In this document: positions 25,972 to 35,049 of the stretch, piece by piece
Numbering within the stretch: the first letter of the stretch is position 1
Layout of the letters: each line of letters opens with the position of its first letter
Virus record (IMG/VR): IMGVR_UViG_3300012347_000364
Location: 89,019 to 153,018 of that record
Length of the DNA stretch: 64,000 nucleotides
Reading direction: 5' to 3' (one strand)
Source: a virus
Taxonomy: Duplodnaviria > Heunggongvirae > Uroviricota > Caudoviricetes
The notes under the pieces: model-generated
The model's database searches: none
What the model saw: the letters and a program-made list of their open reading frames with translations, nothing else
Told to the model about the DNA's origin: nothing
Translations under genes and position numbers: made by a program

Positions 25972-26556
25972 ATGACAGGGGATATTCAATACCCGATGGT
26001 CAAGTACTTCGAGCGAGCGTTTAGAGGATTCTTCTTCCTAATTGGCCTTATGGTCGCTGGCTTGCTCATAAACACAGCTCTATCTGTTAAGATGGATAAC
26101 TTCATCCAAATGAATGAGTTGCCTGCTAATACATCTGTGCAGGAAAAGGAACGCCAAATCCAATGCTTGGCCCAGAACATTTACTGGGAAGCGGCTTCTG
26201 AACCCTTCGAGGGCAAAGTCGCAGTAGCACAAGTTACTATGAATCGTATGAACAGTGGAAAATTTCCCGACACTGTTTGTGGCGTTGTCCAACAACGCAA
26301 TGTGTTCTACAATAAAGTTGTATGTCAATTCTCATGGTTCTGTGAGTCGACATATAAAACACGCCCTGTTCACCCACGGATGTGGGAGGAGAGTGAAGCA
26401 GTCGCTAAGAAGGTTTTGCTAGAAGGGTTCAGACTCGATAGCTTAAAGGAAGCGATGTACTATCACGCTGATTATGTAGATCCGAAATGGAACAAAGAGC
26501 GTATTAATAAAATTGGCCGACATATTTTCTATAAGGAACGCAATGGAAAAGTTTGA
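25972..26556 (+). CDS. SleB-like cell wall hydrolase (Hydrolase_2) with N-terminal membrane anchor
   Basis: CLAQNIYWEAASE...AVAQVTMNR...FPDTVCGVV...CQFSW...YYHADYVDPKW. Confidence 0.9.
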   Translation: MTGDIQYPMVKYFERAFRGFFFLIGLMVAGLLINTALSVKMDNFIQMNELPANTSVQEKERQIQCLAQNIYWEAASEPFEGKVAVAQVTMNRMNSGKFPDTVCGVVQQRNVFYNKVVCQFSWFCESTYKTRPVHPRMWEESEAVAKKVLLEGFRLDSLKEAMYYHADYVDPKWNKERINKIGRHIFYKERNGKV

Positions 26557-26854
26557 TCACTTCGTCTCAGCTATGAATAATTTTTTGAAGGATAAGTTGT
26601 CACATCTATCGTCTGAAGGAATCGGCTGGTTGGCGATCGTGATGATTCACTGTGCTACGATTCCTTCAGTGTTGTCTTTAATTTTAGGAATGTCTGATAA
26701 GCTTCCATCACTAGATGTTGTGGTGTTTGCTTGGGGTGGATTGTTGTTGTTGTTTGTTAAAGCACTTATTAACAAAGACACACTCCATATTGTAACTATT
26801 GGGCTAGGCTTCTTTGTTCAAGCCTTCCTGCTTGCTTTGGTGGTATTTAAATGA
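26543..26854 (+). CDS. membrane protein (about three TM segments)
   Basis: Hydrophobic segments; AAGGA SD. Confidence 0.7.
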   Translation: MEKFDHFVSAMNNFLKDKLSHLSSEGIGWLAIVMIHCATIPSVLSLILGMSDKLPSLDVVVFAWGGLLLLFVKALINKDTLHIVTIGLGFFVQAFLLALVVFK

Positions 26855-27096
26855 GTGAAGAAGAATTGATCAACAACATTATTAACGTACAGGACTTCTT
26901 ACAAAAGATTGAACGTATCGCTGAAGAAAAGCGAATCGAGCCTCTGGAGGCTATCTTATATTACTGCGAGACTACAGGCCTCGAGATCGAAACGGCTGCA
27001 GAGCTGATTCGTAAGAACGCTAAGATGAAAGCACGCGTTCGTCAAGATGCAGAAAACCTCGGTTATTTCCCTAAAAGCGCTAAACTACCAATATGA
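26851..27096 (+). CDS. 33: late promoter transcription coactivator gp33
   Basis: LEAILYYCE...IETAAELI...K..V..DAENL.Y.PK..KLPI; position upstream of 59 and 32. Confidence 0.85.
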   Translation: MSEEELINNIINVQDFLQKIERIAEEKRIEPLEAILYYCETTGLEIETAAELIRKNAKMKARVRQDAENLGYFPKSAKLPI

Positions 27097-27545
27097 CAAA
27101 ACAATTTGATATGAAACCCATCGTTGGGTTTACTTGTGGAGCATTTGATCTCTTCCATGCCGGACATGTCCTTATGCTGGAAGAGGCCAAAGAGCATTGT
27201 GATTATCTGATCGTGGGTATTCAGTCCGATCCGTCGTTAGATCGTAAGACTAAGAATAAGCCAATCCAAAGCATCGTCGAACGACAAGTGCAGGTTAAGG
27301 GATGTCGTTACGTTGACGAGGTTGTTATTTACGACACTGAGAAAGATCTAGAGGATCTGTTCCGTGTTCTTCCGATCGATGTCCGTATCATAGGATCGGA
27401 TTATAAGGATCGCGAATTCACTGCTAAGACATATTGCGTTGACAATGATATTCATGTAGTATATAATCGTCGCGACCACTCGTTCTCTACCACAGATTTG
27501 AGACAACGAGTCCACCAAGCAGAAACTATTAAAGAGTACAAATGA
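27093..27545 (+). CDS. cytidylyltransferase (TagD/glycerol-3-phosphate CTase-like)
   Basis: GFTCGAFDLFHAGH (HxGH) ...RDHSFSTT. Confidence 0.9.
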   Translation: MTKQFDMKPIVGFTCGAFDLFHAGHVLMLEEAKEHCDYLIVGIQSDPSLDRKTKNKPIQSIVERQVQVKGCRYVDEVVIYDTEKDLEDLFRVLPIDVRIIGSDYKDREFTAKTYCVDNDIHVVYNRRDHSFSTTDLRQRVHQAETIKEYK

Positions 27546-28123
27546 CAGGATTTGAGACATACAAGCTGTATGTCGCTTTGAAGAATCATTTTAACTCAGA
27601 CACCTACGATTTCTTTCGATATGGTGGCAAAACGAGAGCTAATGCTAAGTCGTTCGAATCCCGACCCGACAAATACTTTTTCAACAAGTTGGGTAAGCAT
27701 AAGGACCCTCAGCGTTACATTCTAGCTAACATCATCGAAGATAACCCTAACGTCTGGGTTGGCGATTTGGCGAATGAGCAGCAATCGGAAAACAACTATA
27801 AAAATTGGGTCAAGAGGACAGAGTCTCTTACCTATGTTTTTAGAAATGATCTAGAACAACTCGAACTAGATTTTAATATGAATCTACTTGTTGGAGGTAG
27901 CGGACATCCGATCCTTCTCAAGTATATGATCCAGAAGAAGGTTTCTATCGAGACCGTAATCATTCTGGATGATCTTTGTGGGTTTTTTAGACATTGGAAT
28001 AAGAACATCGAAGAAGATGTGATTTGGCCAATGGTGTACCGGAAATGTAAGAAGTACAGACCCTTCCTTAAATATGATAAGGATAAACTAAAACAAATTG
28101 TAGTTGACAAGTTCTCTGGTTAA
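27542..28123 (+). CDS. 59: helicase loader gp59
   Basis: FETYKLYVALKNHF...YDFFRYGGKTR...KKYRPFL. Confidence 0.9.
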   Translation: MTGFETYKLYVALKNHFNSDTYDFFRYGGKTRANAKSFESRPDKYFFNKLGKHKDPQRYILANIIEDNPNVWVGDLANEQQSENNYKNWVKRTESLTYVFRNDLEQLELDFNMNLLVGGSGHPILLKYMIQKKVSIETVIILDDLCGFFRHWNKNIEEDVIWPMVYRKCKKYRPFLKYDKDKLKQIVVDKFSG

Positions 28124-28129
28124 AGGTAA

Positions 28130-28137
28130 TATAAATA
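28130..28137 (+). promoter_or_regulatory. T4-type late promoter upstream of gene 32
   Basis: TATAAATA followed by an AT-rich leader. Confidence 0.65.
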
Positions 28138-28204
28138 CCTCATACATTATGAGTATGTGACATACAAATATACATTTTATACAACGTTTATACAAGGAAA
28201 ATAT

Positions 28205-29140
28205 ATGAGTTCATCTTTTGCATCCCTTAAGAAAAATAGCAAGTCTCAATTCGACAAGCTAATCACCGAAGTTCAGAAACTGAACGCACCTACCCAAGGT
28301 GGCGGCGAAGATAATCGCTTCTGGAAACCAGAAGTAGACAAGGCTGGTAACGGCTACGCGATTATCCGATTCATGCCCGCTCCCGAAGGTGAAGATACAC
28401 CGTATGTACGAGTTTGGGACCACGGTTTCCAAGGCCCAGGCGGCTGGTACATTGAAAAGTCTTTAACCACTCTTGGTGAAAAAGACCCTGTATCTGAATA
28501 CAACTCCCAACTGTGGAATTCCGGCATTGAAGCAAACAAGGAATTGGTACGTAAGTACAAGCGCCGTTTGTCATTCATCTCCAACATCTATGTTGTGAAG
28601 GATCCTGCACATCCAGAAAACGAAGGCAAAGTCATGCTCTTCAAGTATGGTAAGAAGATCTGGGATAAGATCGAGCTCGCTATGAACCCAGAGTTCGAAG
28701 ATGAGACAAAGATCAACCCATTTGACTTCTGGGAAGGTGCTAACTTCAAGTTGAAGATCCGTAAGGTCGAAGGCTATCGCAATTACGATAAGTCTGAATT
28801 TGAAGCAGGCGAGCCATTGTCTAATGATGATGATGTGTTGGAAGCTTTGTGGAGGCAAGAACACTCGTTGGCAAAGTTTGTCGATCCAAAAGAATTCAAG
28901 TCCTATGATGAGTTGAAAGCTCGTTTGAATAAGGCTCTTGGTTTGGACGGTAACCCAGTTGCAGCTCGTACGACTGCAGCAGAAGCGAAAGCTCCATGGG
29001 ACGATGATGAGCCAACTGCTGCAGCACCAAGTGCCGCTAAGCAAGCGTTCGCTAAACCAGCTCCTACACGAGCAGTCGAAACAACCGTAGAGGATGATGA
29101 CGACAGCTTGGAATTCTTCAAGAAGCTAGCTGAAGAGTAA
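28205..29140 (+). CDS. 32: single-stranded DNA-binding protein gp32
   Basis: DNRFWKPEVDKAGNGYAIIRFMP...HGFQGPGGWYIEKSLTT...acidic tail. Confidence 0.95.
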   Translation: MSSSFASLKKNSKSQFDKLITEVQKLNAPTQGGGEDNRFWKPEVDKAGNGYAIIRFMPAPEGEDTPYVRVWDHGFQGPGGWYIEKSLTTLGEKDPVSEYNSQLWNSGIEANKELVRKYKRRLSFISNIYVVKDPAHPENEGKVMLFKYGKKIWDKIELAMNPEFEDETKINPFDFWEGANFKLKIRKVEGYRNYDKSEFEAGEPLSNDDDVLEALWRQEHSLAKFVDPKEFKSYDELKARLNKALGLDGNPVAARTTAAEAKAPWDDDEPTAAAPSAAKQAFAKPAPTRAVETTVEDDDDSLEFFKKLAEE

Positions 29141-29146
29141 AAAGAG

Positions 29147-29170
29147 AAGGCCCCTTTCGGGGCCTTTTTT
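29147..29170. terminator. bidirectional terminator between convergent genes
   Basis: AAGGCCCC-TTTC-GGGGCCTT with T-run on + and A-rich flank. Confidence 0.85.
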
Positions 29171-29171
29171 A

Positions 29172-31181
29172 TTATCCAGTTCTGGTTGCGTTCGGTGCAG
29201 GCCGACTTTGTTGAGCTGGTGCACCTCCACTTATTCGAACAGAGTTGTCGACGTTGTAATTAGCGTTGCCAATATTCTCAAACCCTTCACGCAAGAACCC
29301 AGTTAGCTTAGCAATCTCTGAGCTAGCAAGAGCACCAGCGTTTCTTCCAAACACGTCACCAATACCGACATCAGACACATCGCCTGTTTTAAGGTCACCT
29401 CCAACGGATGCTACGGACGCTAGAGTAGATGAAGTTACACCTCCACCACCCTCAACTTTCGTAATACCTGAACGTAGTGTTGCTAACTCTGTCGGTGAGT
29501 ATTCTGCTATCCTCTTGTTAGGATCCAAACCCATACCAGTTAAACGTTGTATATACGCTCTAGTATCGTTTTCACTCGATGGCGCATACTTTGATATTGC
29601 TTGCTGTAAGTTCAGCTGGTTATACTTCGATCCTTTGAGTAGAGCCTCGAGTGCTTTCTCGCCATCTTGTTGTGTTTTGAAAATAGCAAAGCGGCCATCA
29701 GATCCAATAAAGCCTGGTTGTGTTTGTGTCCAACTCGATGCTTCTAGGTTACCTGGGTTGTTGTTACGTACGTTTCTATTTCCACGACGTGTGGCTGTTG
29801 ACCCATCCTCATACTCTACCGATAATAGACCTGGGGCTGCTGATATTACGCGTTTGATAGGCTTATTGGAGTCGCCGTCCGTGCTAGCGGCAGGGGTTGG
29901 TTTATCAACCGCCTCAGCGTCTGGCTTTGGTCCACGAATCCAATCACGTGCAGCGCCAATGCCACCTAGCACAGCTGATGTTCCCATTAACACCGCACCT
30001 GGAACGACACCGACGCCTGTTGCAGCTAATCCTAAACCAACCGCACCGGTGGCTGCTGATGCACCAGATAGCCAAGTACCAACAGTATCCCCTTCTTTAT
30101 TCTTTTGATATGCGTCATACGCGCTGAACCCAACACCCAATGCACCCAATGCACGGCCGCCCCATTTAACTGCTGTGCCGCCCACTTCTAGAGCCTTTGA
30201 CCCAAAGCTAGCTGCCTTCTCACCTATAGATGGTGTTGCGGCTATTGTAGGCTTCATAGCAGCTTCCTTAGCTGCAAGCTGGCCAAAGTTAGTACCACGG
30301 ACTTCTAGACCGGCTGCTCGCTTTGCGTCAGCTGGACTCATGCCAGCGGCACGGTTCTTAGCATATGCTGATTCAAAGTCTGTACCCAAACTTGTTTGGC
30401 TTCCGGCCACCATCGTAGGCGCGCCAAGAGTTTGTGTGCCTTGGAGTCCAAACATACCCGCGTCCTTAGCCGCTTCAAGCGCGCTTAGGCCAGCACGCTT
30501 TTGTTGTAGTCCTTGCATACCAAGAGATATAGATTTACCTATACCAAACTTAGCCACCTTATAACCTGCATAAGCTGTGCCTACATCGGTAATTAGATCG
30601 GTTACAGGATTGTTCCTTAACCCTGGACCAGAGTAGTCGCTGTTGCTGCTACCACCTCCGCCTTGGCCCCCGCCAGCACCGCTGCCACCCAATGCTCCTT
30701 GTACTGCTTTGTATATCAAGCTACCCAAACCACCCACACCCATAAGTGTTGTTAGCGGGTTACCCTTTGCAAAGTCTAGTAGGGATGTTAGCATGTCGCC
30801 ACCACCCTTTTGAGCGCCCATCGACGACTGGTTGTTGCCTGTAGTATAATCACCACCAGCGGATTGAATCGTAGTAGCGTTTTGTTTTTGGTTATATTTT
30901 AAAGACTTATCAATAGAGTCAAGCTTCTTCAACATATCCAGATATAGAGTACGAGTATCTACATACCCCTTCTCCATAATCTTCTGCGTTTTGTCACTAT
31001 CTTTTTTAGTGCTCTTTGCAGTATCGCGGATGCTCTGTAGTAGCTGACCAAACATACCAGCCCCATACATGGAGCTCATAGTGTCGGGCACGTAGGCGCG
31101 TTTAATTTTGTCGCCAACATTACTAGCAACCTGAGAGCCTTTTTGATATGTGCCTTTTGAGAGCGACGTAAGCAGCGACAT
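29172..31181 (-). CDS. tape-measure/baseplate-hub-like protein with NNPGN-type peptidoglycan hydrolase domain
   Basis: Gly/Ala-rich hydrophobic body; RNVRNNNPGNLE...RFAIF...ISKYAPSSENDTRAY; lies after gp26/gp51. Confidence 0.65.
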   Translation of the reverse strand: MSLLTSLSKGTYQKGSQVASNVGDKIKRAYVPDTMSSMYGAGMFGQLLQSIRDTAKSTKKDSDKTQKIMEKGYVDTRTLYLDMLKKLDSIDKSLKYNQKQNATTIQSAGGDYTTGNNQSSMGAQKGGGDMLTSLLDFAKGNPLTTLMGVGGLGSLIYKAVQGALGGSGAGGGQGGGGSSNSDYSGPGLRNNPVTDLITDVGTAYAGYKVAKFGIGKSISLGMQGLQQKRAGLSALEAAKDAGMFGLQGTQTLGAPTMVAGSQTSLGTDFESAYAKNRAAGMSPADAKRAAGLEVRGTNFGQLAAKEAAMKPTIAATPSIGEKAASFGSKALEVGGTAVKWGGRALGALGVGFSAYDAYQKNKEGDTVGTWLSGASAATGAVGLGLAATGVGVVPGAVLMGTSAVLGGIGAARDWIRGPKPDAEAVDKPTPAASTDGDSNKPIKRVISAAPGLLSVEYEDGSTATRRGNRNVRNNNPGNLEASSWTQTQPGFIGSDGRFAIFKTQQDGEKALEALLKGSKYNQLNLQQAISKYAPSSENDTRAYIQRLTGMGLDPNKRIAEYSPTELATLRSGITKVEGGGGVTSSTLASVASVGGDLKTGDVSDVGIGDVFGRNAGALASSEIAKLTGFLREGFENIGNANYNVDNSVRISGGAPAQQSRPAPNATRTG

Positions 31182-31184
31182 TTA

Positions 31185-31319
31185 TTATCCTTGTGACCTA
31201 GCTTGTTGTTTTTCTACTTCTTTAGCCAAGTAGTCTTTTAGCATATCAACATATAAATCACGTTCGAATGGAATCATGTTCTCAATTTCAGTAATTGAGT
31301 ACTGGTGGTGCTGAGCCAT
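31185..31319 (-). CDS. 51: baseplate hub assembly protein gp51-like (not in ORF track)
   Basis: MAQHHQYSITEIENMIPFERDLYVDML; the frame stays open upstream to the gp26 C-terminus. Confidence 0.75.
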   Translation of the reverse strand: MAQHHQYSITEIENMIPFERDLYVDMLKDYLAKEVEKQQARSQG

Positions 31320-31360
31320 ATTAAACACCGTGTAGTAATAGTTAGATAGCGTATTATGAC

Positions 31361-32068
31361 TCAGCCCAACATAAAAAAATCATTGAGACTCTTCAGCTCG
31401 ATTTCTCTATGATTGCCAAGTTCGTTTTCGTATTCGATTTTGTAGTACAGTTTTGGAAGTGTGTTGAAAAACTTCTGTATCTCTTTGAAAGTACCAACAT
31501 CAAGGGTTGCTAGAAACTCGTCTAACTCTTCTTTAGTATAATCTTTAGCAAGATACTTTTTGTTATCATCATACACATAGTCAATACACTCTTTCATCAT
31601 AACAAAGAATAAATCCAACTCTGTTTCTACTTCACTAGTATCATCGGCCACTTTTGGTTTCGGATACTTCAGAACGATACCAATCTCGTCGTTTACTTTA
31701 ATCTTATTAGTGTGCTCAGGATCGATCAGCAATACTACTTGGTTCAAGTCAACTTCAAAGTCGTACTTCTTATTATCTTCTTGATCCACATACGACAATT
31801 CGATAATGTTGTTAACAGATTGTGCGCGCAGCTTAATGAAAATATATTCGAGATCAAACGTAGTGAGGTCGTCGATATCGAGTTCCTCTAGAGCACAGTT
31901 ATTTACAACTTGCTTAAGGGATGATATGATTTCCTTAATGTTACCAGATGCTTGAGCCATCAACAAGATCTTTTCTTCTTTCACCAAGAAGGGACGGAAG
32001 CGTGTTTTAGTTTTTGTCGAAGGAATCTCAATTGTAAAGATTGGATGACTGATTTTTGGTAAAGACAT
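31361..32068 (-). CDS. 26: baseplate hub subunit gp26
   Basis: MSLPKI..P...RFRPFLVKEEKILLMA...LTTFDLEYIFIKLRAQSV. Confidence 0.92.
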   Translation of the reverse strand: MSLPKISHPIFTIEIPSTKTKTRFRPFLVKEEKILLMAQASGNIKEIISSLKQVVNNCALEELDIDDLTTFDLEYIFIKLRAQSVNNIIELSYVDQEDNKKYDFEVDLNQVVLLIDPEHTNKIKVNDEIGIVLKYPKPKVADDTSEVETELDLFFVMMKECIDYVYDDNKKYLAKDYTKEELDEFLATLDVGTFKEIQKFFNTLPKLYYKIEYENELGNHREIELKSLNDFFMLG

Positions 32069-32095
32069 AATATACTCCAGTATTTAAATAATTTA

Positions 32096-33022
32096 TTACC
32101 ACTTCTTAATAACACTAGCAACCATTGCTGTATTATTAACAACGCTGATGATATCATTAACGTTGCGGGGGCGTTTAAGTGCGGCCACGGTTTGTACCAC
32201 TGTCGCACCTCTTATGATTTGTTGCATACCACTTAGTTGTGGTAGTGTTGTGCTTAGCGGCTTGGCAGATAGATTATCAGAATCTTCAATGCTGTAGTTG
32301 TCGTATGCAAACCTAACAGTCAATGTAGCCAGCCCATTCACTGACGACCAACTCATATTCACGTCACTCATTGCTACAGGATACAATCCCTGCAAAGTGT
32401 ATGTGATCACAGGCTTTGCTGGATCGACGGCATCGATGCTGCTAGTATTTTCTGAATTGATATACAACACCGCGGTTGTGGTGTTGATCGGAGCTCCGGA
32501 CTGGTCTTTTTTATATCCAACTTCAAAGAGGTTGGCACCATACTTGTTCACTGATTCGCTATTGAGGCGCGTATCATAGTTTGCAATTGAGCTGATCCAG
32601 TTGTGAAAGAATTTCTGTATTAATCCTTGGCCGTCGACGATGAATGAAATCGTAACGTCAGGCATTACGGCTCCAGTAGGATACTTTGTAGCCACACCAA
32701 CACCATATCGCTTCACATCCACCGTCTGAAGAGTAACACCAGGGATGTTGAAGTCGGTCGCATAGAACCCCATGATGCGACTAATTTCGGATGCGGCATA
32801 GTTACGCATTGGGCCAGGCGTAGCGATCATCACGCTTCCGCGTGTGCTTCGAGCGATGCCTATTACGTTGAGTGCTTCTGAACGTATTTCGGATATGGAT
32901 CCGCCAGTGCCGCCAGGGGACCCGCCCTGCGATGACAGGTCGTTCGTTTTCTTACCGAAATATGTTTTAGCAATTGCTAGCGCTCCAAGAGCGCCACCTG
33001 CCATAGAGGCTATTTTAGCCAT
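32096..33022 (-). CDS. 54: baseplate-tail tube initiator gp54-like (tube fold)
   Basis: YTLQGLYPVAMSDVNMSW...LTVRFAY tail-tube-family motif; synteny. Confidence 0.6.
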   Translation of the reverse strand: MAKIASMAGGALGALAIAKTYFGKKTNDLSSQGGSPGGTGGSISEIRSEALNVIGIARSTRGSVMIATPGPMRNYAASEISRIMGFYATDFNIPGVTLQTVDVKRYGVGVATKYPTGAVMPDVTISFIVDGQGLIQKFFHNWISSIANYDTRLNSESVNKYGANLFEVGYKKDQSGAPINTTTAVLYINSENTSSIDAVDPAKPVITYTLQGLYPVAMSDVNMSWSSVNGLATLTVRFAYDNYSIEDSDNLSAKPLSTTLPQLSGMQQIIRGATVVQTVAALKRPRNVNDIISVVNNTAMVASVIKKW

Positions 33023-33605
33023 TAACTTTCCTTATACTGTCGGCAAACACCTTTGCACGGCTTGCCTTTTGGAATGATTCGACTGGTAAAAATAATGCTA
33101 TATCCCATTTTGTCGGATCAATGTAATAGAAATTAGATTTAACGTGACTATTTAGGTAGTACTTCAAGCATGCCTTGTAGTATGGCGCCTTTGAAACGCC
33201 ACGCACTAAGTTGTAAGTTAGCTGCATCTTAGTGCTAGCGGTGATATTTTTATCTGATACCAGTGTGTACAGCGCATCCATAAACCTTGCACGTAACGTA
33301 TACGGCAAATAATGAAAATTCAGTCCGTAGAATCCATCATTACCAGTCTCGACTGGAAATATTAACGGAAATGCGTCCCAGTACGGTAGCTCTTTTTTTA
33401 ATTTCGCATCGTATCTAAAAAAGAACATCCCGCCTACTTCCAACTCCTTCTTGATAATGCTCTTATCACCAGTTACGGTAGAGGTGGTTGCTGTGTTGAT
33501 GGACTGAGCCTGTTTACGGAACCAACTGCGCGCATCTGATGCTTTTGATGGCACCATCCCTTGCGCTGCTCCTTTGGTCAATAGGTCTGCAAATACATTA
33601 GCCAT
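33015..33605 (-). CDS. 2: DNA end protector protein gp2
   Basis: GMFFFRYDAKLKKELPYWDAFPLIF...GLNFHYLP. Confidence 0.9.
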   Translation of the reverse strand: MANVFADLLTKGAAQGMVPSKASDARSWFRKQAQSINTATTSTVTGDKSIIKKELEVGGMFFFRYDAKLKKELPYWDAFPLIFPVETGNDGFYGLNFHYLPYTLRARFMDALYTLVSDKNITASTKMQLTYNLVRGVSKAPYYKACLKYYLNSHVKSNFYYIDPTKWDIALFLPVESFQKASRAKVFADSIRKVNG

Positions 33606-34056
33606 TATTCTTGATTCCTAATTCATGCTCTGTCATTATTATAAATTTCCACTTTCTATCAGCACAATACTGTCTTGCAGCCTCCCATTTAGCTGAGTTG
33701 ACACCCCAAGTAGCTACTTCAGTGATGTACCTCTTAGTGGGCTTTTTGGTTTTTGTTTGCTGAATAGCGGGCGGATGTGTCTGATAGAAGGGTTTAACTT
33801 CAATCAATATTGTTTCTACTACTCCGCTCGCGTTACGCTGCTTTACCACAAAATCAGGAAAGTATCGGTGGATACGGCCGTCGATCGGTGATCGATATGG
33901 GATCACCAACTCTTCGCTGGCCCACTGCAGGACTTGTGGGTGCGCGTCTAAATACCCCATTAGCTTTAACTCCCACGACGATCGATAAATAATCTGCGTA
34001 GGATCTCCTTTGTACTTCAGGGGATTTCGGGGTTTAAAGAAACCTTTATTACTCAT
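33598..34056 (-). CDS. 4: head completion protein gp4
   Basis: KYKGDPTQIIYRSSWE...WASEE...RYFPDF...NSAKWEAA. Confidence 0.92.
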   Translation of the reverse strand: MSNKGFFKPRNPLKYKGDPTQIIYRSSWELKLMGYLDAHPQVLQWASEELVIPYRSPIDGRIHRYFPDFVVKQRNASGVVETILIEVKPFYQTHPPAIQQTKTKKPTKRYITEVATWGVNSAKWEAARQYCADRKWKFIIMTEHELGIKNNG

Positions 34057-34061
34057 AGGAA

Positions 34062-34069
34062 TATTTATA
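34062..34069 (-). promoter_or_regulatory. T4-type late promoter for the 4-2-54-26 operon
   Basis: TATAAATA on the minus strand. Confidence 0.6.
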
Positions 34070-35049
34070 TGGCATATGATGCGATGGGCAATTCTACTGG
34101 GCCTGATGCGGCTCCAGCTGCCGCAGATCGATCATTGGCAGTCGCCAAAGCTCCCGTCAAAGCACCCACAACACAGTCGCCACCGTCAAAACCTGTTAGC
34201 ATACAGATTAAATCCGTAGTAGATTCGTTGTCTGGTCAACCAACTTTAGTGTTCCCAGAAGATTTGGAGCAAACGAGAAAATACTTCTCACTTACCTTTG
34301 GTACTTATAGCCGTGAGGATATTGACGCGCCTAGCAACGTTATTACCACAGACACTATTGCGCTTCCTATACCCAATAATCTCAACGAATATGTTAAGAT
34401 GCAGTGGGATGATGTAGCGCTTGGGGTGTTTCTTGGTGGTGTTGACGACTCGATGGCGAGCTTCGTTAAAGAGACGTCTAAAAACTTCTCAGTACCTAAT
34501 GCAATTTCCAATGCTGGTAGTTTCATAAAGGGCATCGGAAATAAAGTACAGAATGATAGTGGGCTTTCGTACGCTTTGTTGCGTAGAGGCATATCAGCAC
34601 TTAGTGAAGATGCGGCCGTCATTGCCGATCAAGCTATGGGCGCTACTGGTAACCCACACATGAGCCTTGCGTTCCGCGGCGTTCCTTTGCGTACTCACAC
34701 ATTTACATGGAAATTAGCCCCCGAATCGCCAGCAGAAACGGCGGTATTGCGAAAGATTATAGCAATGCTGAAGGGTAGATCGTTACCACAAAAAGTCGGT
34801 GATTTCCTGCTATCGTATCCAGATATGTGTCAGCCTCGCATCTTTATTGACAATGTCGAACAGAACCAGCTATTCATGATGAAGCGTTGCGTGGTACAAG
34901 ATGTGCGTGTCAATTACGCCGGAGGAGGAGCTCCTTCTTTCTTCCAAGGTACAGGTGGCCCGACAGTGGTCGATTTATCCATAACGCTGAAAGAATTGGT
35001 CATCGTTACGCGTAAAGATTATGAACGTGAATATGCGGGAGGCGTGTAA
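34069..35049 (+). CDS. 48: baseplate tail tube cap gp48
   Basis: NPHMSLAFRGVPLRTHTFTWKLAPES..E...VNYAG...LSITLKEL. Confidence 0.88.
   Translation: MAYDAMGNSTGPDAAPAAADRSLAVAKAPVKAPTTQSPPSKPVSIQIKSVVDSLSGQPTLVFPEDLEQTRKYFSLTFGTYSREDIDAPSNVITTDTIALPIPNNLNEYVKMQWDDVALGVFLGGVDDSMASFVKETSKNFSVPNAISNAGSFIKGIGNKVQNDSGLSYALLRRGISALSEDAAVIADQAMGATGNPHMSLAFRGVPLRTHTFTWKLAPESPAETAVLRKIIAMLKGRSLPQKVGDFLLSYPDMCQPRIFIDNVEQNQLFMMKRCVVQDVRVNYAGGGAPSFFQGTGGPTVVDLSITLKELVIVTRKDYEREYAGGV

Noticed and set aside
29266-30564. Long + strand ORFs (280 aa, 129 aa) opposite the tape-measure-like gene
   Set aside because: Antisense shadows of a Gly/Ala-rich gene; no SD or motifs.
33598-34056. Homing endonuclease or TnsA transposase
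   Set aside because: The nuclease-like fold and its position next to gp2 match the core head-completion protein gp4.
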